Below, in pieces: positions 15,145 to 43,960 of a DNA stretch of 64,000 nt; within the stretch, counting starts at the first letter, position 1, and each line of letters begins with the position of its first letter. The DNA lies in NCBI RefSeq assembly GCF_009834535.1, contig NC_045720.1:310001-374000 (forward strand), read 5' to 3'. Source of the stretch: Camelus ferus (taxonomy: Eukaryota). The notes beneath the pieces are model-generated. The model made no database searches, was not told where the DNA came from, and saw only the letters and a list, made by a program, of their open reading frames with translations. Position numbers and translations under genes: made by a program.

Positions 15145-16908
15145 TCACAGGCTAAAGTAGTCTGCAGCCAGGCGCCCATAGATGTCTGTGGTCCAGAGCA
15201 CATGAGCACGGCCCGAGGCCAGCAGCAACTGGTGCAGCTCAGCCTCCACACGGGCAAACTTCTCTTCATTGATGGAGGCTTCCAGCAGGACAGAGGCAGG
15301 CGGTGGCCAGGGCAGGCCCTCATAGCAGTCCACAGGGAAAGGGTGCACCACTGTGCGCAGCTCAGCCTGTGCCACTGAGTCCCGCAGGAGTTCCTTGAGG
15401 CCTGCCATGGACAGTGGATTGCCGTAGAGGCCGAGGTAGCGGAGGCTGGTGCAGCGAGTCAGCACAGGGAGTGTGACCAGCAGCTGGGTATCAGCAAGCT
15501 GGCACTCAGTCAGCTCCAGGTGCAGCAGAGTGGCTGCTGCTGCCTGTAGCAGACCCTGGAAGGGCTCCAGCTGTCTGCCGGACAGGTCGTTGCCACTCAG
15601 GTCCAACTTCTTGAGGTGGACAGCATGAGGGCTCTGTGCCAGGAAACGCAGGTCTTCAGGCAGTAGGGCACAGAAGGCCAGCTCCAGGCTCTCCAGGGGG
15701 CTCTGCAGGGTGCTGCAGGGGAGCACAAGGGTTCACAAACAGACAGGGCCAGGGGAAGGTCTTGTGGAGGGAATGGGAGGAGCAGGGTAATAGCAGGCCC
15801 ACTCACCTGAGTAGCTGGTCCAGCCGCCCCGAGAGGAGAGAGGAGCCCATGCTGAGCTCCCGCAGACAAGTGAAGCGACCCATCTGAGCCAGGAAGTAGC
15901 GGAAGTTGTCCTCACCATCCACGGAGGGCTGCCGTGAGTCCCCATGGACATAGTGCAGCCGCAGGCTGGCCAGGTGCTGGAAGCGGGCCACGTGCGGGAT
16001 GATGACAGACAGGCCACGCAGGCCCAAGTTGTTGAAGCGCAGGTCCACACGGCGCAGGCAGCCAGCATCCAGAAGCTGTAGCAGGGCCACTGTATTGCGC
16101 ATGGGCAAGTCCTCAGCCCGCAGGTCCCGGCAGCAGAGCCGCAGTGGGCTGCCTACGCTGCTGCGGAGCGCCTCCCTCAGGAACGCATAAGAGGCCCGGT
16201 TCACCCGCAGGTCCACACGCACCTCCACAGGAATGGGGGCCAGCCCTGGCTCTGCAGTCCTGCCCTGCTGCTGTGCGATGCACGTGCGGGCCACAGCTGC
16301 TGTGCAGTCCCACATGCTCATGGTGCCAGGGTCCTGCTCCACGCCGTCATCCAGAAGGCCCGTCATGTCCAGCACCCGCAGCACGTGCTTCCTGGGAGCA
16401 AGGGTGGGCTGAGACAGGAGACAAGGGAACACAGCCCACACCCACTACCCGCCACCCTGGGACAGAAGCAGCATGCTTGCTCTTGCATTGAGCTCTTAAA
16501 CCAGACTGGAACCTCCTGTGGAGGATCCTTTTTGCACCCCCCCTCCCCAGGCCTGAGGGCCACTCCAGTGAGCCCATACCTGCAGAGGGGCTGAGTGCCA
16601 GCCTCAGTCTCTGGGGTGTGGAGCCGGGTGGTCAGCCCCAGGATCACGGCTTGCATGCTCTCAGTACTAGGCCGCTCCTGCAGCAGGGCCCGGCTGCAGT
16701 GGGCACACTCCTGCAGCAGCTGCTGGAAGCTGAGCAGTGGGAAGGGCCACATGTGCACCAGCTCCCGCAGCACGACAGTCTTCTTGTCCATAAAGGCCAC
16801 TTTGAACAGCAAGGGGAAGAGCTCTCGTGGCAGCAGGGGCAGGGCCTGGCAGGCAGCTGACTGGCACTGGAGCATCTGCCGTGTGCTCAGGAACACAAGC
16901 GTGTGCAT
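15145..16908 (-). CDS. LRRC14: Leucine-rich repeat-containing protein 14 (PRAME/LRRC14 family), 493 aa
   Basis: Exons 16908-16580, 16391-15807, 15712-15145 (1482 nt). Runs from MHTLVFLSTRQ to YGRLAADYFSL; length matches the human protein as recalled. Confidence 0.96.
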
Positions 16909-17859
16909 GGCGCTGGGCCAGGCAGGAGGCCACCTGCAGGGAAGGGTCCTTCAGTGGGGAGGACAGACGCGAGGCCACTGCCCCCTCCATGCACTGGTTA
17001 TGGGAAAGCTCAGCATGGTGCCTAGCACAGAGTGGAGAACCACAGCACCAAAGATCAAGTGCTAGGTGCCTTGCAGTAGGCTGAGTAGAGAGGAAAGGAG
17101 CTCAAGGCCACCCCCAGGCCCCACCCTCCAAAGCACGGGGGCATTTTTAGGGAAACAAAGGTATCAAGCAGTACATAAAACAGCATGGCACCAGAGATGA
17201 CTGGCTCGCCTGGGTGTACTTCTGATGGCTGTTGCTCTGCAGGGCCCCCCATCTGAATCTCAGCCCTCTCAAATCACAAAGCTACTTATCAGAGCCTCCC
17301 TTCCTTAAAAGTAGACCAAAGCTCAGGCCCCTCCCCCCACAGCACTAGTGGGATGGGATACTCCCAGGGGCTAGAAGTTGCATCCAAGTGTCCTCTCTCA
17401 TAGCCTCCTCAGAATCTCTAGCAGACTGCCCTTGGATTCTGTGCAGCACAGTAAACGGGAGCTAGAAGTACAGATGCAGCTTTATAAACACCCAAGCAGG
17501 TAGACAAGACCAGGACCCAGGGAACTCTAAGTCCAGAGGGCCTGAGGAACCCAGGCCCTCAACATGAGCTCCAGTTCTACTATTTCACTGGCAGACATGG
17601 AGAACCCTGGAGATTTACAGAAAGGAAAAATGCCTCCTCCACCGGGATCCTTGTCACCTGTCTAAACATCTGTCTCTTCCCTGGAGAACCACGTTGAGAG
17701 ACCAAGTCTCAAATCCATGGGGTTCAAAGGCACCAGGCCAGGGGCCTTTGCTCAGATGCACAGAGGCAGCTGCCAAAGGAACATCCAAGCTGACAAGGAG
17801 CGCACAGAAGATGCCTGAGGGCACAAAGGTACCTGTGTGTCAGCTGTGCTGCTGACTTC

Positions 17860-17990
17860 ACAGCAGCAACAGTTAGCCGACTTACTGTGCGCCAGGCACC
17901 TCATCCTCAAAACTGCCTCCGGGTCATCACCCTGAAAACAGATTAGAAAACTAAGACCTAGGCCGTGCCCGACCAAGGTCACAGCCTTGT
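17860..17990 (-). mobile_element. Degenerate MIR SINE fragment
   Basis: cttactgtgcgccaggcac...gaaaactaagacctagg...ccaaggtcacagc resembles the reverse-strand MIR core. Confidence 0.5.
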
Positions 17991-18199
17991 GTGATGAACT
18001 GGGGGAAGGGTGGCAGCCTGGCCCCAGAGCCCCTGCTCTTGCGGACCTCACACACAAGTCCTTAGGGCACTGGTTCCTGAGAAGCCCCAGACGTCAACCC
18101 TCGGACTCGCTCTGCCTGTGGACAAATCTCGCGAGGACGACTCATACCTCGCTGTGACAGGACAGGCCAACAGAGCACCTGTCACGAGAGGCAACGAAA

Positions 18200-25085
<6,886 letters not shown>

Positions 25086-25264
25086 CTGCTCTGTGCAGAA
25101 GGCCCTGTTCTCCCACATCACAGACAACATGGCCTGAGCAGGGGCTGCACAGCCAGTATGGAAGGTGTCACATATGCAGTTCATCAAGGCAAAGATGGGG
25201 TATCAGTGACCAACCACCCTGGGCAAAACCCACCGCCAGGAGCGTGGGGGCAAAAGGGGTACAG

Positions 25265-25270
25265 AATAAA
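25265..25270 (+). terminator. RECQL4 polyA signal AATAAA
   Basis: Canonical hexamer 180 nt after the stop. Confidence 0.8.
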
Positions 25271-25377
25271 AGATGCTCAAGTTGCTCTTAGGGACCCTCC
25301 TTCCGGTGGGGACAACCCCACAGTCTGAGAACCTTGCATGTCACTTGTCCCAGACACAGGCCACATGCACACTCCAC

Positions 25378-25383
25378 TTTATT
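25378..25383 (-). terminator. MFSD3 polyA signal AATAAA (TTTATT on +)
   Basis: Canonical hexamer about 20 nt after the MFSD3 stop. Confidence 0.8.
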
Positions 25384-25403
25384 GACAAGTCTGGCCACCC
25401 AGC

Positions 25404-27800
<2,397 letters not shown>

Positions 27801-28394
27801 TTGGGTCGCTCCAGCCGCCCCCACGGAGGAGCTGTGGCCTCCTTCCCCACCCCCACCCCTCCCCCGTCTCTTACTGCGCCCTCCTGCTTCTGGACCCCTC
27901 ACCCCGCTCTGCTTGTGGTCTCAGCGCCCTCTCCAGGCCAGTGGCCGCAGAGGGCCGTGGAAGGCAGGAGATTTGTAGGAAATGTCCGAGCCAGGTTCCG
28001 CCCGAGGATGCTCCTGGCAGCTGCCGGAAAGCCCCTCTAGTGTCCAATGACAAGGCCTGGAGAGCCTAGCCGGGCTGGCGCAAGCCTGACTCCAGCTGGC
28101 CTTGCTGACGGAGGGGCCCATCCGAAGGGGAAACCAGAGCCGAACATGGGGTCTCACGCCACATCTCCTGACCAGAGCTGTGCGGTGCGGGCAGCAGTGA
28201 AACACGGACGTGGCTAAGAGCTGGATCCAGAGCAGAGCTGGAACCTCGTCCAGCACTGTCTCTAAGCCCTCGGGTCCATGGAGTCAGCCCAACCCCTAGA
28301 CCAACTCACAGGCACTTGAACCAACATACTCCCTCAGCTGCTGAGGCCACTCTGGCTGGGCTGGGTTTCCTGTCATTTCTACACATTCAGGGGA

Positions 28395-28490
28395 CCCAGG
28401 TTTCTCATCTATAAACCGGGGACTACAGTGCTCACCAGAGGACCGCTTGTGCAGTGACAAGTGTCTGGCACATGCACCTAGGTGCTCATC
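28395..28490 (+). mobile_element. MIR SINE fragment
   Basis: caggtttctcatctataaaccgggga...gtgtctggcacatgcacctaggtgctc resembles the MIR core and 3' end. Confidence 0.55.
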
Positions 28491-29077
28491 CTCCAGTGGC
28501 AAGGACACAGGGCGGCCCACCTGCCCCGAGCCTGAGTCGTCCAGCCTAGCTCTGCCCAGGGCACCTTTTCCTCAGCGTCTTACCTACTCTCTCCCTGGAG
28601 CCGGCCGCAGGGCGCTCCAGCTCAGAAGGGGGCCTGCCCTCTCACTGTTTCCCAGCTGGAAGGCTGCGTTTGCACAAGGGTGTCACACACACTCACCACA
28701 CACTCCACACAACAGGGCAAAGCGAGCCCTATTGGTTCCTCCTCCCTCCCTGCTCTTGGCATGGCTGCTCCTCCAGCAGTCGGAAGAGGCCCCCTGAGGA
28801 GAACCAGGACTCCCGCTACTCACTCCATCCAGTCAGCTCCATCCTACAGCTTAACATGTTCTCTGTGCTGCCAGGTAAGAAGCGGACAGTATGGGAAGGG
28901 TGGTGGCCAGGTCAGGGGACACACCTTTCTCTGTCTTTCTCAGAAATGGCTACACCCTGGGACCCTGCACCTGTGTTTCGTCCAGCCCCATCCTCACCCC
29001 TAACACCGCCAGGTTCCCCCTGAGGAGATGCAGGGAGTCTACTGCCTTTCTTCATACCGCTTAACCTCCTAATTCTT

Positions 29078-29212
29078 TCTCTTTTTTGGTAAATTTAAGC
29101 TGGCTTGATTTTATTATTTTATTTTTTAGATAATGGAGGTACTGGGGATTGAACCCAGAGCCTCGTGAATGCTAGGCATGCGCTTTACCACCTGAGCTAT
29201 ACCCTCCCCCAA
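29078..29212 (-). mobile_element. Young tRNA-derived SINE (camelid-type) with target-site duplication
   Basis: Minus strand reads GGGGGAGGGTATAGCTCAGGTGGTAAAGCGCATGCCTAGCATTCACGAGGCTCTGGGTTCAATCCCCAGTACCTCCA plus an A-rich tail. A box and B box present. TSD ACCTCCTAATTCTT at 29064-29077 and 29217-29230. Confidence 0.9.
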
Positions 29213-29455
29213 CTTGACCTCCTAATTCTTACATAAATGTTTGCCAGTATCTGGCCCAAGACCTGTGACCAGGGTGGAGACCCAGCCAGTGGGAGGTGTG
29301 GTGTCTGTAGAAGGTCACCTCCTGTGGAAGCCCTCCTTGACCACTCCTTCTGGGTCCCCCAGAACTGCACAGAAAAGCAGACAGGAGTGGACAAAGGTGG
29401 GGGAGGGGTATACAGGAGTGCACACAGCCTCCAAGAAGTCAGGCTGTCTGGTAGC

Positions 29456-29461
29456 TTTATT
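29456..29461 (-). terminator. GPT polyA signal AATAAA
   Basis: TTTATT on +, 140 nt past the GPT stop. Confidence 0.8.
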
Positions 29462-29600
29462 AGGGGCGTGCAGAGGGGCAGGGGCCCAGCCCCACAGGCA
29501 GCAGGAGCAAATCCAGAGGACTCCAGAGACCCCTCAGAATCCTGAGCACTGTCAGTCCAGGGTCGTCCCTGCCGGCCCAGCCTGGCCCCCAGCGGCATCC

Positions 29601-32159
<2,559 letters not shown>

Positions 32160-34520
32160 GACACAGCTCAGACCAGGCAGGGAGGAGGCTCAGGAGGCAG
32201 CAAGATCCAGAAATGGGAATAAGAGAAGCCAGGTCCAGGCTGGCAGACCAGGGCTGGGAAACGGGGAGCCTGGGAAGCGGGGGGGGCTTAAGGCAAGAGA
32301 GCACCCTCTGCACTGCAGCCTCCTGACCCTACTGAAAGGGACAGAGAAGGCTGCAGAAGGTTATGGGGCTACCAGGCCCCGCCTCACTTGTCTGGGCACA
32401 GTTCTGCCCCAGGGAGCCACAGGGAGTGGGTGAGAAGGCAGGCGGGGCTTGGGGTGAGGCCCAGTGCCCGCCCAGTGTCCCCATGACAGGGGAGCAGGAG
32501 ACCCACATAGGGGGTAGGGACAGACGGAAGGTTCAAGCTCTGAGGGCCTGGGCCTGGGGGAGGGGAGGGGAGGGGACCGGAGCTGAGCACCCTGAGGGGA
32601 TGGCAGAGCTGGGTAGGGCTGAACCTTGAGGGGAGAAGGAAGCCTGGGGCCCCTGGAGATTTACCCTAGGAGGGCTCAACCTAGGCCCAGCCCTCTCGGA
32701 CCCCCCATCTTTGCTGAGGCTGGCCGGCCTGTCTCCCAGGTAACTGAGCCAGGCCACAGGAATCCTGGGGCTGTCGGGGGAGGGGAGTGAGGTGGTCAGA
32801 CTTGTGGGGTTCCATCTGCCCTCTTGTGCTGAGGACTGTGGCTCAGAGGCCATAAGAGCCCTGTGGTTAGACCTTGGTCCCCCATCAGGGCTGCAAGGCT
32901 GGAATCTCTGGGGCAGGGTGTTGGGGGAGGGGACAGGGGAACTCCGGGCTTTCCCAGGGCCCTTGGACACCTCAGCTGCTCTGGGACGCTGCTGTCCTGC
33001 CCTTTCTCCAAACCTGCACCAGCCTGGGGCTGCCCTTGGGGCCACACCGCAGGCAGGGTGACCTAAGCTCCCCTTCCCTGTTGCTCCTGATTGGTGGAGA
33101 GAGGGACGTGAGCCGTGATAAGCCCTCAGGCCCCACCTCCACAGGCCCTGCAGGGAGCTGATAGGCCGTGCCTAGGGTGGCCGCCCCAGCGCCGGTATCT
33201 GACCGTGCTGAGGGTCAGGGAGCCGGCCCTCAGCTGAGCTGGGCTGTGGGCATCTGGTCAGGCCTGAGGGGAGCCTTGGCTGCAGCTCCTACTCCCACTG
33301 GTTGGAGAGGAACCACAGAGCCCCAGGTGGCTGGCCTCTCACCTTGCGCCTCTGGCTCCGCCGCCACCTCTGCCACCTCTGCCTCCCAGAGCGCAGGCCT
33401 GCCCTGCTGGCCCCCAGGCCGGAGCACAGGTTAATATGGGCCCAGCCCCAGGCGGAGCCAGCCCTCACCCGCCCCCTGGCAGCAGGGTCCAAGTGGCAGC
33501 TGTGGTGACAAGTGAACCTTGGGCAGCTGCACCACAACACATTCTAAATTTAACCGGCAACCTACCCCGGACTCTCCCCTAGCCCTGCTGAGAACACCCC
33601 TCCAGCCACTGATGCTCAGGGAAGGGCAGGCCTGTGGACACTGGGCAGACCAGGTCAGCGTCCAGCAGAGGAGAAGGTGATCTAAGTCCATGCCACCCAG
33701 CACTGGTGGCCATGCCAAGCAGCCTGCCATGGGCATGAGCTGGCAGGGCCCCCATCTCTCCCAAGTGAGGCCCCTAAGGGGCCCCATGATCCTGACACAT
33801 TGTTCCTGGTCAGCTCAGAAGCCGAGAGGCCAGCTGTTGGCCCTCTTGGCTGGCCCAGGCGGAAGCTGGCAGCCAGGCCCTGGGATCAGGGCTGCGTGCC
33901 AGGAATGGGGGACCCACCCAGCCAGGGAGGTTTCTGATGCAAGCCATCTACCACTCTGCCCCTCTGGGCCAAGAGTCTCATGTAAAATACCCTCTCCCTT
34001 TCCGAGCCAGGATCCCTGCCACTCCAGTGTGGATGCCCCCAGCCCAAGCCCCCAAGGACTGTCTTTCCAAAGCAACCTGTTCCCCTCAAGAAAGCAAAGA
34101 GTTACACAGGATCCTCCAGGAGGCTGGGGAGGCAGGGTGCAGTGAAGGCCAGGCTTCTTGCCCAGGGGCCATGGGCCTCACGCCCACGCAGGGCTGGCGA
34201 TACAGGTGAGCCCCAGCAAGCACCTACAGGCCTCAGGTGCTCACAGACAAGCACACCCAGGCCTAGCAACACAACAGCTCCCCATCATGGAAATGGAGGC
34301 CCAGCTGAGACACACGACAAGGCAGGTAGCAGAGCGAACGGCCCTTTATCCAGTCACAGGATGAAACTAGGTCTCTGCAGCCAGGTGCCTTCCAGGTGTA
34401 GCTTCTGCCCCTGGTCCATCTAAGGGAGGAGGCTAGCGTTCTGGCTGGGGGCACATATCAGGGTCTGAAGAGCAGGGGCCCTGAGGCAGCAGGACCTTCA
34501 TCTCTCTGAGACCCAGCCCT

Positions 34521-39914
<5,394 letters not shown>

Positions 39915-42900
39915 CTGAAAAGGGAGCAGGGAGGACTTCCCCTCCTTGTCCCCAGGCTGGGCTGGGATGCCCAGTCACCTTCTCCTTGGGCTCTCCCAGA
40001 ACTGCCCTTCCTCCCCGGCCTCTTGGACCTCAGGCCTCCTTGCTTCTCGGCAGCTGAGGGTGCAGGGCACAGCCAGTCCCAACCAGCACCCCAGCTCCTC
40101 GCCACCCAGAGTCCAGAAGGAAGTCCTTGCCAGGCTTTCCAGCTCAGGCCAGTCAATGCCTCAGCCATCCTGGGCTGCAATAAAAGCCCTGGTCCTTTGA
40201 ACACAGGCATAAGGGGGCTGCCTGACTTGGAATCTCTCGAACAAGCAGGCAGAGGGGCTGGCATGGCCCAGCCTGCCCAGCATCCCTGGTGTGTGGTCAC
40301 TCGGCACGGTTGTGGGACACTCCTCAGGAGATCATGGCCCTGCTCCACCTAGAAAGAACCCACCCACAGCTCAGCTTGCCCACCAGGAGTCCACACTCTC
40401 ATGTGGCCAGACCCTGTGGCCATCTAGATAGTGATGCAGCCTTCCTCTGGCCAGACTTGTACTCAGGATCTCAGTTATCCCTGGAAGGGGACTGTCCTGG
40501 GCCAGATCAAATCAGGTCAGGTCCCTGCTGCTCCAAGACCCTAGCATACCTGGGGACTTGCTTTACAGGTCCGACCTGCCCTGGACTTTGCCTGTGCTCC
40601 AGCTATCCCCTCTGGGAGCCTGACCTCAGAGGCTCCCTGGGGACAGGACAGAGGACCAGCAAAGCCCAGGAAAGAGCTTTCCAGGCAGCATTCTGCTCTG
40701 GGCAGCCTGCCCCCAGCTGGCCACCTGTGCAGATAGCTGGGGCCAGAGCAGTCATGAGCTGTCCAGACCTCCAGCCCGGATTCCCCAAGTCCTGCCCTTG
40801 CCTCGGAGACACAACTTCCCCATTGAGACAGGCAGGAGGCCAGTGCAGGCACCCTGCCAACTCCCCATCTATGAGGATGGGGGTAGGTCCCAGACCACAC
40901 CCAGGGCACACAGAGCCTTCACGCTCTTCCCTGCTGGCCACTTACGGCTCCCTCGCATTCCCCCTGAGGGAGCTGGCATCCCCTCCAGCCTGCACGTGGG
41001 GGCCTTCATCTCTCTGGAGTAAGGCTCTGGAGCTGCCTGAATGGTCCACCCCAAAAGACCACAAGGAAGGAGCAAGGCACACTGCGTTCTGCTCAGCGAC
41101 ACCCCTCCCTGTCTCCAGCCATGGGAGGGGAAGGGGACCCAGAGAGAACACCCTCCTACCCTGTCCAAGAGGGAGGAAGCCCCCCGCTGCCAGGCTAAGG
41201 CTGCCAAGCAGAGTGGGCTCACAGGGTCTCAGGGACCAGTTTTACTTCTCCGAGACAGACGCCAACATCAGAGCCACAGTCTGATTTTGTTGTGTTTAAG
41301 AAGCTTTAGGAAACATCCTCCCTCTCGACATTTTATGGAAGAAAAGAGATCCTGACGCCCAAGTCCTATAGAAAACAACCTAGAATAACCAGCTTTTCAA
41401 ATTGAATAGATGTTGTGTTGTGGTTTTCTCATTTTGAAGAACATCCATGAAAAGTCACCCTGGGGCACCCTCTGGACAGCCTCAATCCACCCCGCGCCGG
41501 CCTGAGTCCACGGGCACAGGCTCCAGCTACAGAGCTGCTCCCTGCGGCCTCCAATGCCCTGGCAGCACAGACAGCAGACCCTGCTGGGCTACAGCAGCTC
41601 AGACGGGGCCTCAGCCCCCTACCCTGGGTTCCACCTTCCTGAAGCCCTGGGTTCTCTCTGGGCCCCCTCAGCGGCATTCCTTGCTGGAAGTTGCCTGAGG
41701 GCGGTCTCTGTGTGACCTTGGGCAGGTCCTTGGGCCACTGGACTGCCTCCTCCGAGAGACAGGTGACCCCAGGGAGTCCCAGGACCCCACTCAGTGGGCA
41801 TCCCATCCCGGGACAGTCTCCACAAGTGGCACCTGGCACCCCCCAGGCCAAGCCATCAGCTCTCAAGCCCCAGACCCCCAGACTCTGCCCGCTGCCCCTC
41901 CCCGAGCCCCACTCAGCTGCTTCCTCCCAGCCATGCGGTCAGGCAACGCCCCCCAGAGCTGGGCGACTCACCCCTCAGCTGAGACACAAAGGCCAGGGCA
42001 GCTCAGCGGAGTCCCAGCAAATGACCACCGCATCACCCCCAGGCCCAGGGGGCTGAGCCAAGCGGCTGCCGCCTCCGTCTGCAGGGGCTGCCCCAAGCCT
42101 CCCTGGAATGTCAGACTGAGATAATCCGGGCGATTTTTCCAGTTCTCAGCTCCACTCCACGTGGTAGTGCAAGCCTGAGGTGGGAGGAGGCTTCTTGAAG
42201 GACCGCGGCCACCACCCCACATCCTCTCAGCCCACACCACCAAGCCAGCCCCAAAGACTGTGCTGGGAATACCACCCGACACCTGGCTGATGGGACCCCT
42301 AGGTGGACAGACCGGGACTGGCCAGGGTATCTCGGCAGCCCCTCCTCCACAGGTCCCAGTCACGATCCCCATTTTCAACACAGGGAGACCGAGGTCACGA
42401 CTAAACCCAGGGTCCCCTGTTAACGACTCCACCATACAGCCTCGTGCCCTCTTCACGACATCTATGTAAGAACCAGAGACAGTGCAGCAGGAGCCCAGAG
42501 CCTGTCGCCTTGCTCACCCAGAGACAAGGAGGCTGTGCCTTGTGCACAGAGGACAGGAGAGGCGAGGCAGGGGTGTTAGAGAACGCCCAGCCCCATGCCC
42601 GCTACCTGTCAGGTTTGGGGACTTTACATCCCTGTTTTGCTCAAGGCTTGTCAGAGTGGGTTCCTGTAACTTTCAATCAAAAGAACTGGTTCCATCTGTG
42701 GCATCATGGGAATAGCCAAACCACCACTGCTGGTGACTCTGGGGAAAGTGTGTTGTAACAGACCCACATATGGTGCCCGTCAGCAGCGAGCTCGTCCAGA
42801 TGTCACAGGCCATGGCCTGAGACACGTTGGCCAAAGCCATGACCCAAAGGTGTCCCTGCCTGGGTCCCAGGAGCATCACAGGTCCCCGGGGACAGCACCT

Positions 42901-43900
42901 GTGGCCAGGCCTCCAGGGACATGCCTGGCCTCATCCAAGGGCCAAGCCCAGCACCAGCCCACCTGGCTCACCTGGGGAGACTCCTGGTCCCGCCACCTGT
43001 CCGGCCCCGACCCCAGGCACCAGGGCCCCACAGCAGCCCCCCAGCAGATGGGGGCTGGATGTTGAGGGCACTGTCTGCCCAGCTGGCCTCTCCCACCAAA
43101 GGACAAGCTCACTGAGGACACATTCCTGCATGTCTCTCAGCCATAGGCCAGAATCTAGAGGAGGGCCCTAGGTCAGTCAATGCGGCCGAGTGGACGAGCT
43201 CAGGCCTGAGGTGCCCTGGGCCCGCGCTGTCACCCTGTCCAGTCGGGGAAGGAGCCCTCAAATGTGACGGGGGCAGCGCCAGGCCCGAAGGTGGCTGGGC
43301 CCCTGCCCTGGAGGACAGGACGTGGTTTACAACAGGCACTTGCCTGGCACAGGGTGGGGGCCAAGAGGGGACGAGGAGGACAGCCAGCCACTGAGAGAGC
43401 AGTCTGGGGAGCTGGCAGCAGATCAGGAGGGTTGAAGTGTGAGCAGCAGGGACAGTGAGGCCCAGGGGCTGAGCCAGCGGGCGGGGGCTACCTGCACTGG
43501 CAGGAGGAGCAGGCCATCACTGTGGCATGATGGGAGTACAGAGCAGCTCCCCCCAGGTGCACTCGCCTGCCCCCTGCAAGCATGTTCTGGATCGTTCTAG
43601 AAGCTAATCGCGCAGCGCCACCATCGGGCCCCTTGCTGCAGCAGCCCTTACGACAAAAACACCGGACGTGACCCACGTGTCTGTCAAATGGTCATAAATA
43701 AGCCTCCGAGGGTTTATGAGGAAGCTTTCCAGGCACCACCGTGGCTAGGTCGCTAAGTAACTATTCAGTGAAGAGAAAAACATACAAAATCTGTACATGA
43801 TAAGCTACCTTTTGTGTAAAGAAGGAACAAAAAAGAATGCACATACACATCTATGTAAGAAACACAGGAGAGATGGGACAAGTGATGAGAAGTGCCACTG

Positions 43901-43960
43901 GGAGCGCAGAGGGCAGGTAGGGGGCGCGGAGGGCAGGTGGGGGGCTCGGAGGGCAGGTGG
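43901..43960. repeat. 20-bp G-rich tandem repeat x3 (GGGGCGCGGAGGGCAGGTGG-like)
   Basis: Units at 43901-43920, 43921-43940 and 43941-43960. Confidence 0.85.

Noticed and set aside
29135-29210. tRNA gene
   Set aside because: A and B boxes are present, but the A-rich tail and TSD show it is a SINE.
40289-41284. 331-aa intronic ORF antisense to PPP1R16A
   Set aside because: Non-ATG start and no recognisable motif. A rough estimate at about 62% GC gives around 0.2 such ORFs expected by chance in six frames of 64 kb. A homology or PhyloCSF signal would be needed to revive it.
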